Shown here one piece after another: positions 24,970 to 34,195 of a stretch of DNA of 64,000 nt; the first letter of the stretch is position 1, and the number at the start of each line of letters is the position of its first letter. The notes below the pieces were generated by a model, which saw only the letters and a program-made list of their open reading frames with translations, was not told the origin of the DNA and searched no databases. Made by a program: the position numbers and the translations under genes. Origin of the DNA: an uncultured bacterium. Its GTDB lineage: Bacteria > Actinomycetota > Acidimicrobiia > Spongiisociales > UBA5794. The DNA is taken from the NCBI GenBank assembly GCA_963801165.1, contig CAWDDT010000006.1, positions 256,001 through 320,000 on the forward strand, read 5' to 3'.

Positions 24970-26868
24970 CTAGAGGGCCTCTGCGGGGACTTCGGTGTTG
25001 TCGGTGCCAAGACGGACGATCCACAGGCCGCTGTTCAGGTCGCTCATGAACACCAGACCGTCGCTCAAATCGACACCCCACACCATGGCGAAGCTGGAGC
25101 CGCGGCCCTGGCCCTGGAAATAGCCCTGCGGGTCGGGCTTCGGGGCGGGAACGAATGAGGCAACCTCGGCAGGTGACGTCGGGTCGGAGACATCCACCAC
25201 CCGCAGCCCATCGGAGTACCACGACACGTACTCGAGCCCACCGCTCAGGATGATCTCGTGAGAGCTGAAGTAGCCCGGCGCCGCCGGATCACCCGAGCTC
25301 AGATCCGACCGCTCCGTTGCGAAAGTGGCGAGTTGGGAAACGTCGCCCAGATCGGATGCGTCGTAGAAGGTCTGCGCTCCCCAGGCCCCGGGACGATCGT
25401 CTTCCGGTGCCCACTCCAGGTCCTCGTCGCTGCGGATCAGCAGGCCTGTCTCGGGGTCGTATGCGATGCTGTGGGTGTTGCCGTCCTCGCCTTCACCTAT
25501 CGGCACGTGCGCCGCTACCGACGGCGTCTCGAGGGTCGTCAGGTCGAGCAGCACAAGACCCGCGTCCCAAACGGCCACCCACGCCGACATCCCGTCCGGT
25601 GTGAAGGTGGTGCTGTGGGTGTGCAGGTTGATGTCGTCGACACCCGGGTCGTCTTCGGGAAGTGTCGCCCGATAGTCCCAGTCGGCAACCTGGGCGGGTG
25701 CCGCAGGATCGGTCACGTCGAGCAGCCGCCAGTCTCCGAGCGCACCGTCGGTGTGCAGGTACGACTGCATGACCGTGACTGCGACCACGACGGTGCCGTC
25801 GGGCCTGACTGCCCCGGTCACCTCATGGACGCCCTGGGTCAGGTCCCCGCTGTCGAACGTGCTCAGCAGGGCCGGTTGGGCCGGGTCGGTGACGTCGTAG
25901 ATCGCCAGGCCGCGGAAGTCCGCCCGACGGCGGTTCCGCTCGCTCGTGTCGCAAAGACGGACGGCGACCACGGCGATATCGCCGGTGAACGCGGGAGTGT
26001 CGATCGAGGCGACCCACACCGAGTCGGTACTGGTGCCCGGGAACTCGTCGGCCGCGGCAACCGCACCCAGCAGCTCCGGGTTTGCCGGATCAGTGGCGTC
26101 GACGATCCGCACGCCGGTGTTGGGGCACGCGTCCTGTCTACCCCAGGTGCCCATGTAGACGATTCCATCCTGGACGGCGAGACCGGCGTTGAACCCCGCC
26201 CCGGTGTCGAGGTGACCGACCAGGGTCGTGTCGGTGGCCTGATACAGCGGCTTGGCGGCGGGGAGAGCCACATTGCTCTGCGGGGTAGCGACCGTGCCTC
26301 CGGCTACAGCCGCGGCGAGGTGCGGCGCCGGGTCGATTGCGGTGCCGTCGGGTGTGTGAAGCTCGAAATGCAAATGCGATGGCGTCTCTTCCGCGTTGCC
26401 GCTGTCACCCACGAGATCGATGACCTGCCCTGCCGTCACCCGAACCCCGACGGCAATCCCGGGGAGGGTCTGGTTGAGCGCGCCGTCGTCTGTGCCCGGC
26501 GTGTCGTTGTTGAGATGGATGTAGTAGGTGGACCAGCCGTCGTCGTGGGTGATCTTGATGTACCGGCCCGCCAGCGTCCCCACGGAGATCTTGGTGATGA
26601 CACCGTCGGCCGCGGCAACCACGGGAGTTCCCTTCTCCGCAAAGATGTCGGTGCCCTTGTGGGTGCGGCCCCCCGACCGGGGTGCTCCAAAGGTATCGGT
26701 CCAGTTGTTCCGGCCGGCCACCGGGAACACGAGCGGGTAGACATCCCGGGACGTGTCCACCTGAGCGCTGGCGGTGAACAACATGGCGGCGAGGGTCACG
26801 ACAGCAAGCGCCAGCCGCCCGGCACGTGCCGCGAAAGCCTGCCCATTCCCCATTTGAGATGCCTCCAA
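24970..26868 (-). CDS. Secreted M23 peptidase fused to an LVIVD-repeat propeller
   Basis: HKGTD, YIHLN and HLHFE M23 motifs; GVRIVDATDPANP, GLAIYDVTDP, GLRVVDVSDP repeats. Confidence 0.85.
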   Translation of the reverse strand: MEASQMGNGQAFAARAGRLALAVVTLAAMLFTASAQVDTSRDVYPLVFPVAGRNNWTDTFGAPRSGGRTHKGTDIFAEKGTPVVAAADGVITKISVGTLAGRYIKITHDDGWSTYYIHLNNDTPGTDDGALNQTLPGIAVGVRVTAGQVIDLVGDSGNAEETPSHLHFELHTPDGTAIDPAPHLAAAVAGGTVATPQSNVALPAAKPLYQATDTTLVGHLDTGAGFNAGLAVQDGIVYMGTWGRQDACPNTGVRIVDATDPANPELLGAVAAADEFPGTSTDSVWVASIDTPAFTGDIAVVAVRLCDTSERNRRRADFRGLAIYDVTDPAQPALLSTFDSGDLTQGVHEVTGAVRPDGTVVVAVTVMQSYLHTDGALGDWRLLDVTDPAAPAQVADWDYRATLPEDDPGVDDINLHTHSTTFTPDGMSAWVAVWDAGLVLLDLTTLETPSVAAHVPIGEGEDGNTHSIAYDPETGLLIRSDEDLEWAPEDDRPGAWGAQTFYDASDLGDVSQLATFATERSDLSSGDPAAPGYFSSHEIILSGGLEYVSWYSDGLRVVDVSDPTSPAEVASFVPAPKPDPQGYFQGQGRGSSFAMVWGVDLSDGLVFMSDLNSGLWIVRLGTDNTEVPAEAL

Positions 26869-27015
26869 ATGTCCCTGGCGCCGAGACTACCGGTGAAAGG
26901 GCCCAAGGATCAATGAACTTTCCCTGAATGCACGATTTGGGCTAGCCGGCCGCGCGCGCACTCCGATCCGGGTGGAGCGTCGTAGAGTCTCCGGTTGGAA
27001 TCAACAAGGTGGAGT

Positions 27016-27912
27016 ATGACTGCGATTGAAGTCAAGGGTCTCGTGAAGCGTTACGGAAGCCTCACCGCAGTAGCGGGAATCGACCTCGAGGTGGAATCCG
27101 GGGAGGTGCTCGCATTGCTCGGGCCAAACGGCGCAGGCAAGACCACAACGGTTGAGGTGCTCGAGGGTTATCGCGAGCGCGACCAGGGAGACGTCTCGGT
27201 GCTCGGCTTCGATCCCGGCCGCGATGACCGGAACTTCCGGGAACGCATCGGCATCGTCCTCCAGGAGACGAGGTTGGAGGAGCAGCTGACGCCGCGTGAG
27301 CTCTTCGACGTTTATGGTGCCTCGTACCCCAAGCACCTCGAGACCGACCACGTCTTGGAGATAGTGGGTCTGACCGGCAAGGCCGACGACCGTATCAAGA
27401 CGCTGAGCGGCGGTCAGCGGCGGCGGGTCCAGCTCGGCCTCGGGCTGGTCGGCGACCCCGAGTTGATCTTCCTAGACGAACCGACGACCGGCTTCGACCC
27501 GTCCGCCCGACGCCAGGCGTGGGAAGTGATCACCAACCTGCGGTCGATGGGCAAGACGGTGCTGCTGACGACCCACTACATGGATGAGGCGCAACACCTC
27601 GCCGACCGGGTCACCGTCATCTCCGGCGGCAAGGTCGTCGCCGAGGGTACGCCGGAGTCTCTAACGACGGGCATGGCCACCGAGTCGAACATCCGCCTGG
27701 TGCTGCGCGACGGTGCATCGCCGCCGCTCGCCGGTCGCCGGTCGGGCGACGTCTTCGAGGCGAGTAGCAGCGACCTGGCCCGTGACCTCCACCAACTGAC
27801 GCAATGGGCGCTCGACACGAACGTCGATCTGCACACGCTCACCGTCACCCGCCCCACGCTCGAAGACGTCTATCTCGAGTTGACCGCAGGGAGTGACAAC
27901 CATGACAACTGA
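27016..27912 (+). CDS. ABC transporter ATP-binding protein (ABC-2 exporter)
   Basis: GPNGAGKTT, LSGGQRRR, FLDEPTTG, TTHY. Confidence 0.95.
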   Translation: MTAIEVKGLVKRYGSLTAVAGIDLEVESGEVLALLGPNGAGKTTTVEVLEGYRERDQGDVSVLGFDPGRDDRNFRERIGIVLQETRLEEQLTPRELFDVYGASYPKHLETDHVLEIVGLTGKADDRIKTLSGGQRRRVQLGLGLVGDPELIFLDEPTTGFDPSARRQAWEVITNLRSMGKTVLLTTHYMDEAQHLADRVTVISGGKVVAEGTPESLTTGMATESNIRLVLRDGASPPLAGRRSGDVFEASSSDLARDLHQLTQWALDTNVDLHTLTVTRPTLEDVYLELTAGSDNHDN

Positions 27913-28681
27913 GACGGTCCACCCGCCAACCGGGAAACTGCTGAAGAGCCAGTTCCGCTACCAGAACCTGATCTTCTGGCGGACGCCGATCTCCGCGTTC
28001 TTCTCGCTGATCTTCCCGGTCCTGCTGTTCGTAATCTTTGCGCTCGTCTTCGGCAACGGCCCCATCGAGGGAATGAACTTCACCGTGGTGCAGTACTTCG
28101 CCCCGTCGATCGCCGTCTTCGCCACCGCGACAGCCGCCTACACGAATCTGGCCATAAACACGGCCTATCAGCGTGACTACGGGATCTTGAAGAGGGTCAG
28201 GGGCACCCCGCTTCCGCCGTGGATCTACGTAACCGGGAAGGTGCTGGTCGCCGTCTTGGTCGGAGCGGTAGCTGTCATCACGTTGCTCGCGATCGGGTTT
28301 GTGTTCTACGACCTCCGCCTGCCGGCATCTCATGTGCCGGCGATGGTGCTTTCGTTCCTCGTCGGTTCGGCGGCGTTCGCCGCGCTGGGCATGCTGCTGG
28401 CGGCGTTGACCTCGTCCGGGGAATCGGCGACTGCCCTTGCCCAGGCGACCTTGCTGCCATTGGCGTTCTTCTCGGGCAACTTCTTCCTGTCGACGCAGCT
28501 GCCGGCCTGGCTCTCCCGTCTTGCGGATATCTTCCCCCTGAAGCACTTCAACGAAGCGTTTCTGGCTCCCTTTGATCCAACCACCACCGGGCTGGGCTTC
28601 GAATGGCTGCACCTAGCGATCATGGCAGCGTGGGGCGTCGGCGCGGCGTTGTTGACCGCCCGCTACTTCAGGTGGGAGTAG
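27902..28681 (+). CDS. ABC-2 type permease
   Basis: Six TM segments, GILKRVRGTP, FPLKHF; overlaps the ATPase gene. Confidence 0.92.
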   Translation: MTTETVHPPTGKLLKSQFRYQNLIFWRTPISAFFSLIFPVLLFVIFALVFGNGPIEGMNFTVVQYFAPSIAVFATATAAYTNLAINTAYQRDYGILKRVRGTPLPPWIYVTGKVLVAVLVGAVAVITLLAIGFVFYDLRLPASHVPAMVLSFLVGSAAFAALGMLLAALTSSGESATALAQATLLPLAFFSGNFFLSTQLPAWLSRLADIFPLKHFNEAFLAPFDPTTTGLGFEWLHLAIMAAWGVGAALLTARYFRWE

Positions 28682-28688
28682 CTTCGGG

Positions 28689-29180
28689 GTGAGCCTGTCT
28701 CTCCGCCACATGACGAGCATCGAGTTCTCGGAGTTCCTCAGTTGGCTCACCGACGACTACGCAGCTGATCTCCGCCGGGCGGACGGATACTCAAAGGAGG
28801 CCAGCCGTGAGCGGGCCGTTGACCAGCTACGCTCACTGCTTCCTCGAGGCGTTGCTACGACCAGCCACAGCCTGCGAACCGTTGTGAACAGCCGGAACGA
28901 ACCCGTCGGCTCGGTGTGGTTTGGACCACAGACCCACGACCACAAACCGGCAGTGTTCCTATACGAGATCGTCATACGGCCGGACCATCGCAAACACGGC
29001 CACGCGTCAGAGGTCCTCTCGCTGCTCGAGCACGAAGCCCTCGCCGACGGCGCAGAACTGATCGCCCTGCACGTCTTCGAGCACAACCCACCGGCCATTG
29101 CCCTCTACGCAGCGTGCGGATACGTCCAGGCCGACTCCCGACCCGGCCACCTACTGATGACGAAGCAGCTAGCCGGGTAG
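28689..29180 (+). CDS. GNAT N-acetyltransferase
   Basis: LYEIVIRPDHRKHGHA, LHVFEHNPPAIALY..GY. Confidence 0.88.
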   Translation: MSLSLRHMTSIEFSEFLSWLTDDYAADLRRADGYSKEASRERAVDQLRSLLPRGVATTSHSLRTVVNSRNEPVGSVWFGPQTHDHKPAVFLYEIVIRPDHRKHGHASEVLSLLEHEALADGAELIALHVFEHNPPAIALYAACGYVQADSRPGHLLMTKQLAG

Positions 29181-29488
29181 GACCACCCGAGGCTCGAGTC
29201 GCGTTGCCGCCGGATCAGCCAGCATCTGCATTTGATGTGGGCTGAAAGCAATAGGTGATCCCCCAATTTCGGGGGATCGGCCGGGCGTAGCCCGGTCGAT
29301 GGGGGAAGAACGGGAAGCGGTCGCCGTTGATCTTTGCCCCTTCCCGGACCGGGCGCCGGCTGCGCTGGCGGTCGGTCAACAGTCAACGGGTGTTAGCGTG
29401 TTGCGGGCGCACCCGGCGGTAGGGGCTGATACGCCAACAGTGAACGCCGGTTGTCGCGCTCCCCCGCATCCGAGAAGAAACATCGACG

Positions 29489-29938
29489 ATGAAGCAAGCT
29501 CAAACAGTGCGGCCCGTTCGCGCCATGCATCGTGGCTGGGCGATCACGACGGCTTGTTTTGCGGCTGGCGTCCTGCTGCTGACGCTCTGGCCCGACTCGA
29601 CGGTGAACAGCGCCAACTTCGCCCCATTGCGGGAGCATGGGGCCGCCTGGTCCTGTTTGCTCCGAGGATGCCCCGCCTCCGGTGCGTCGGCTCGGTTCCT
29701 CGTGAGCGACGTCATCGGGAACATCGCGCTATTCGTTCCTATCGGCTACGCCGCCGCGGCGACCCTCACTGGACGGTCCCGGTCACGCCGGTTCTGGATG
29801 GCGACTCTCTTCGGGGTCCTGCTTAGCCTTCTCATCGAAACGACACAGCTCGGGATCGCTACCCGTGCCACCGACGTCGACGACCTCATCTTCAACTCGC
29901 TCGGGACGGTGCTCGGCGCCATCCTGCGACGAAGTTAG
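29489..29938 (+). CDS. VanZ family protein
   Basis: GNIALFVPIG, SLLIETTQ, DVDDLIFNSLG. Confidence 0.85.
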   Translation: MKQAQTVRPVRAMHRGWAITTACFAAGVLLLTLWPDSTVNSANFAPLREHGAAWSCLLRGCPASGASARFLVSDVIGNIALFVPIGYAAAATLTGRSRSRRFWMATLFGVLLSLLIETTQLGIATRATDVDDLIFNSLGTVLGAILRRS

Positions 29939-30131
29939 CCGGTGATGCGCACGACTCGAGTTGAGGACGCGTCCGAATTCCCGGGAGCCCGTGCCCGGAT
30001 GCCGTTTGGTTCCGTCTACGGCCGGAGAGGCCGACTCCCGGTCGACCACACGGTTAGTCTCGCGGACATGACCGGTGACAGGACGCAGAGAGCATGAAGG
30101 GCCACGTGGCGTCGCCGCCCGGGACCGTCGT

Positions 30132-30941
30132 ATGAGAGTGACCTTCCATGGGGTGCGTGGTTCTCTGCCCGCTTCCACCCCTCAGACCAGCCGGTACGGG
30201 GGCCACACCCTCTGTATCGAGATCGCGTCGGGCGACGCTTCCATGGTGCTGATCGACGGGGGTACCGGAATCACACGCGTAGACCCCGGCGGCCTGGACG
30301 CTGTTTCCGAGTTCCACGTGTTGCTGACCCACTACCACTGGGATCACATACAGGGTTTGCCCTTCTTCCCACCGCTCTACGACGAAGCGAACACCTTCAC
30401 GCTCTACGGGCACAGCTGGGACGGGCTCGGCCCGCGCGAGATCCTCGACCAGGCCCTGCGTCCCCCCTTCTTTCCCGTGTCGATCGAAACCACCGCGGCG
30501 CTCAAGCGCTATGTGACCGTCGCCTCCACCGTCTTGCAGATCGGAGGGCTGACGATCACCACCGCCCCACTCCACCATCCTCAGGGGGTGACGGCCTACC
30601 GGGTCGACGGCCCCTCCCGGTCGATCGTGATCGCCACCGACTGCGAGCACGGAGACGCCCGGGCCGATGACGCGCTCCGCACCCTGGCTACGGGCGCCGA
30701 CGTGCTGGTTCACGATGGGCAGTACGGCCCGGAGGAATACGAGCAGCACCGTATCGGCTGGGGACACAGCACCTGGGAGCAAGCAACCCGGGTCGCCCGG
30801 GAAGCCGGTGTCGGGGAGCTCATTCTCATCAGTCACGATCCCGCACGCACCGACGACGGGATAGACAGTTTCGTCGCCCGCGCTCGTGAGGCATTCACCA
30901 ACACCAGGGCGGCGTTCGAGGGCATGCAGCTCGAGCTGTAA
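30132..30941 (+). CDS. Metallo-beta-lactamase-fold hydrolase (phosphodiesterase-like)
   Basis: FHGVRGS..RYGGHTLC, IDGGTG, THYHWDHIQG, TDCEH, GWGHS, SHDP. Confidence 0.9.
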   Translation: MRVTFHGVRGSLPASTPQTSRYGGHTLCIEIASGDASMVLIDGGTGITRVDPGGLDAVSEFHVLLTHYHWDHIQGLPFFPPLYDEANTFTLYGHSWDGLGPREILDQALRPPFFPVSIETTAALKRYVTVASTVLQIGGLTITTAPLHHPQGVTAYRVDGPSRSIVIATDCEHGDARADDALRTLATGADVLVHDGQYGPEEYEQHRIGWGHSTWEQATRVAREAGVGELILISHDPARTDDGIDSFVARAREAFTNTRAAFEGMQLEL

Positions 30942-30964
30942 GGCCTACCGGGTGCGACGCCCGC

Positions 30965-32359
30965 CTACCCGAGACGAAGCGGCAGCTCTACCCGGAACAC
31001 GGTCTTGCCCGGCTCGCTGGCGACCGTCAGATTGCCACCGTGGTGATGCAGCACGATGTTCCGGCTGATGTCGAGCCCGAGACCGGTGCCCGACCCGGGT
31101 GGCTTGGTGGTGAAGAACGAGTCGAAGACCCGACGCTGTATCTCCCGGGGTATCCCGGGACCGTTGTCTTCGATCTCGACCGCTACCCCACCGTCGGTGA
31201 CCATCGTTCGAACGATCAAGCGGGGGTCGGCCACGCCCGATTCGTCGAGCGCATACAGAGCATTGTCGATCAGGTTTGTCCACACCTGGTTGAGCTCGCT
31301 GCCAAGAGCTTCGATAGCGGGCAGATCGGGCGCATACTCGCGCTCTATGGTGACCCCTTTGGCGCGGTGTCCCAGCAGCAGCAACGTGTCGTCGAGACCG
31401 GCGACGACGTCCACATTCTGCACCGGTGCCTGATCCAGGTAGGCGTACGACTTCAACGCCCGCACAATCGCCGACATGCGCCGGGTGCCTTCCTCTATCT
31501 GATGCATCATCGATAGACCGTCCTGAGCCGCGTCTACCAGCTCGACCAGCAGGGGTAGCCCGGCCGGCTCGATCTGCCGGGCGACGTCGGACAACGTCTC
31601 GGTCGTGAAACCCGCATCGACCAGTCCGGGCGCCAGCTCCCAACCCCGACCAATCCCGTGCTCACCCAGCCAGTCGGCGACGCCGTCCTCCAGGTCGGAC
31701 CGATCAAGGGCCGAGAGCGAAGGCCCTATGCCACGCCTCTCCTGTACCCTCGCCAGTAGGCCCTCCGCAACCGTCCGACCCGCCTCGTCGAAGCCCGCCG
31801 CCACGGCGGCTCTCGCAGCCCCGTAGCGAACGATGGCCCCCATCAGCTGGCCTGCGCTCCGGTTGACTGCCGCAGCCGGATTGTTCAGCTCGTGCGCCAA
31901 TCCCGCCGTCAGGGTGCCCAGTTGCGCCATCCGCTCCTGTTGCTGCAGCTTGACCTGTGTGTCCCGCCAGCGGGCCAGCATCACCTCGAAGAACGCCCGG
32001 GACGCAGACGGGCTCGAATCGAGCAATTCATCGAGCTGTGCTTTTGGGATAGCCAGCAGCGTCGTGTCCGACCTCGCCCGGACCGAGGCGTTGCGCGGGG
32101 CGTTCTCCAACAATGCCATCTCGCCGACAACACCATCGGTCTGCACGGCCAGCAGCACTTCACCACCAACCGACGTCTTGACGATCTCGATCTGGCCGTC
32201 CATCACGATAAAGGCACGATCACCTTCATCTCCCTCGGAGAACAGAAGCTCCCCGGCGGCCAACCGAACCTCTTCGCTCCCGCGGCAAAGCCGTTCCAGA
32301 TCCTGCTGAGGCAACTCTGAAAAGAGCGGAACCTCCCGCAGACGCTCCAGAAGACTCAT
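30965..32359 (-). CDS. cNMP-binding-domain histidine kinase
   Basis: cNMP domain GEMALL..PRNASVRA; H-box AHELNNP; DNGPG, FFTTK..GTGLGL. Confidence 0.93.
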   Translation of the reverse strand: MSLLERLREVPLFSELPQQDLERLCRGSEEVRLAAGELLFSEGDEGDRAFIVMDGQIEIVKTSVGGEVLLAVQTDGVVGEMALLENAPRNASVRARSDTTLLAIPKAQLDELLDSSPSASRAFFEVMLARWRDTQVKLQQQERMAQLGTLTAGLAHELNNPAAAVNRSAGQLMGAIVRYGAARAAVAAGFDEAGRTVAEGLLARVQERRGIGPSLSALDRSDLEDGVADWLGEHGIGRGWELAPGLVDAGFTTETLSDVARQIEPAGLPLLVELVDAAQDGLSMMHQIEEGTRRMSAIVRALKSYAYLDQAPVQNVDVVAGLDDTLLLLGHRAKGVTIEREYAPDLPAIEALGSELNQVWTNLIDNALYALDESGVADPRLIVRTMVTDGGVAVEIEDNGPGIPREIQRRVFDSFFTTKPPGSGTGLGLDISRNIVLHHHGGNLTVASEPGKTVFRVELPLRLG

Positions 32360-34014
32360 GCGGTCTCGAGATACCTGTGTATCAGGCTCACCGCCACCGC
32401 CCCCTGGCCAACGGCGGAGGCGACCCGGCGGATCACGTTGGCTCGCACGTCACCCGCAGCGAAGATGCCCGGGACGCTCGTCTCGAGAAGAAACGGGTCC
32501 CGGCTCAGCGGCCACAACCGCGGCCAGGCCCCGTCGACCATCAGATCGCTGCCGGTCAGCACGAAGCCCCGCTGATCCCGCAGCACCACACCGTCGACCA
32601 GTTCGGAATGTGGCCGGGCGCCGATGAAGATGAAGAGGCCACCAGCGTCGCGAGTGACCTCGGAGCCATCCCCCCGGTCGCGGAGTGTCACCTTTTCCAG
32701 ATGCCCCTCGCCGGCAACACCGGCAACCTCGGCGTGCAGACGCACCATGATGTTGGGGGTGGCGGCGATCTGATCGATCAGGTATTGCGACATCCTGGCT
32801 TCGATTGATTCGCCGCGCACAACCAGCGTCACGGTTCCGGCGAATTTCGATAGCATCATCGCGGCCTGACCGGCCGAGTTGGCGCCGCCGACGACCAGCA
32901 CATCCTCACCCCGGTAGGCCACGGCCTCGGCCACCGCCGCGCCATACCAGATCCCGGCGCCGATGAGTGTCTCCGCTCCCGGCACGTCCAGGGTTCGGAG
33001 GGTCATACCGCTGGCAATGAGCAGAGCCCGACAGCTCAGTTCTTTCCCGTTGTTCAGGGTCACGATCTTGGTGGGGTCCTCGACCCGCACCCCGGTAGCC
33101 TCCACTGCGGTAAGGATCTCCGCTCCGAGCCGCTTAGCCTGCGCCGTGGCCCGCCTGGCGAGGTCGCCACCGCTGATGCCCTTGGGGAAGCCCAGGTAAT
33201 TCTCGATTCTGGAGGATTGCCCCGCCTGGCCGCCCGTGGCGTGCCTTTCGATCACCGCAGTCCGCAACCCCTCGGATGCCCCGTACACGCCGGCACCGAG
33301 CCCGGCCGGACCGGCTCCGATGACCACCAGGTCGTAATGGCTCGTCAAGGCCTCCGTTTGCAGTCCGGCATGATCCGCCAGTGTGCGGTGGTCTGGTCGC
33401 TCGAGCCTGGTCCCGTCGGGGAACACCACGAGCGGCAGTTCTGCGCGCCGATCGCCCGCCCCGGCAATAGCTCGAGCTTCCGGCTCGGTTTCCACATCCA
33501 TGAACCGGTACGGGACTTGATTGCGGGAAAGGAAGTCCTTTACGTCGTAGCTGTCGGGGGACCAGCGCACGCCGACCAATTTGATCCCGTCGTAGGGGGT
33601 GGGGACAGCGGCCCGCCAGTCATCGAGCAACTCGTCGAGTACCGGGTACAGGTGCTCCTCCGGCGGATCCCACGGCTTCATCAGGTAGTGGTCGAGACCG
33701 ACCTCGTTGATCGCAGAGATGGCGGCATCGGTATCGGCATACGCCGTCAGCAGAATCTTCTTTGCGTCGGGATAGTCCGGCACGACGCTTGCCAGGAACT
33801 CGGTGCCGCTCATCTCCGGCATCCGCTGGTCGACAACGAACAGCGCCACAGTGTCGCCCCGCCCGGTCAGCTCGGCCAGGGCATCGAGGGCTTCCGAGCC
33901 GGACTCGGCACGCACGATGCGATAGGACTCGCCGTATTGCCGGCGCAGATCGCGAGCTACTGCAGCCAGCACCTGCGGGTCGTCGTCCACCGCGACAATC
34001 ACCGGCTTACTCAC
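32356..34014 (-). CDS. Receiver domain-glutaredoxin-like-thioredoxin reductase-like fusion
   Basis: VDDD..DQRMP..LTAY..KPW receiver; GAGPAG, GGANSAGQ and AAGDVR flavoprotein motifs. Confidence 0.92.
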   Translation of the reverse strand: MSKPVIVAVDDDPQVLAAVARDLRRQYGESYRIVRAESGSEALDALAELTGRGDTVALFVVDQRMPEMSGTEFLASVVPDYPDAKKILLTAYADTDAAISAINEVGLDHYLMKPWDPPEEHLYPVLDELLDDWRAAVPTPYDGIKLVGVRWSPDSYDVKDFLSRNQVPYRFMDVETEPEARAIAGAGDRRAELPLVVFPDGTRLERPDHRTLADHAGLQTEALTSHYDLVVIGAGPAGLGAGVYGASEGLRTAVIERHATGGQAGQSSRIENYLGFPKGISGGDLARRATAQAKRLGAEILTAVEATGVRVEDPTKIVTLNNGKELSCRALLIASGMTLRTLDVPGAETLIGAGIWYGAAVAEAVAYRGEDVLVVGGANSAGQAAMMLSKFAGTVTLVVRGESIEARMSQYLIDQIAATPNIMVRLHAEVAGVAGEGHLEKVTLRDRGDGSEVTRDAGGLFIFIGARPHSELVDGVVLRDQRGFVLTGSDLMVDGAWPRLWPLSRDPFLLETSVPGIFAAGDVRANVIRRVASAVGQGAVAVSLIHRYLETA

Positions 34015-34195
34015 GGCAGCCCCCTCATGTTTTCAAGCGAAGTCGCCATCGCCAACAATCTCATCCGTGCCTCCCTCGTACCTCACGACACGATCCACAA
34101 GATAGTGAAGCCGACAAACCGCCGCCCGAATGAGACGGGCGGCGTTACCTTCGGCGCCACTAGAGTCGATAGCGTCGGCAGCGTGGGAGTGTGTG

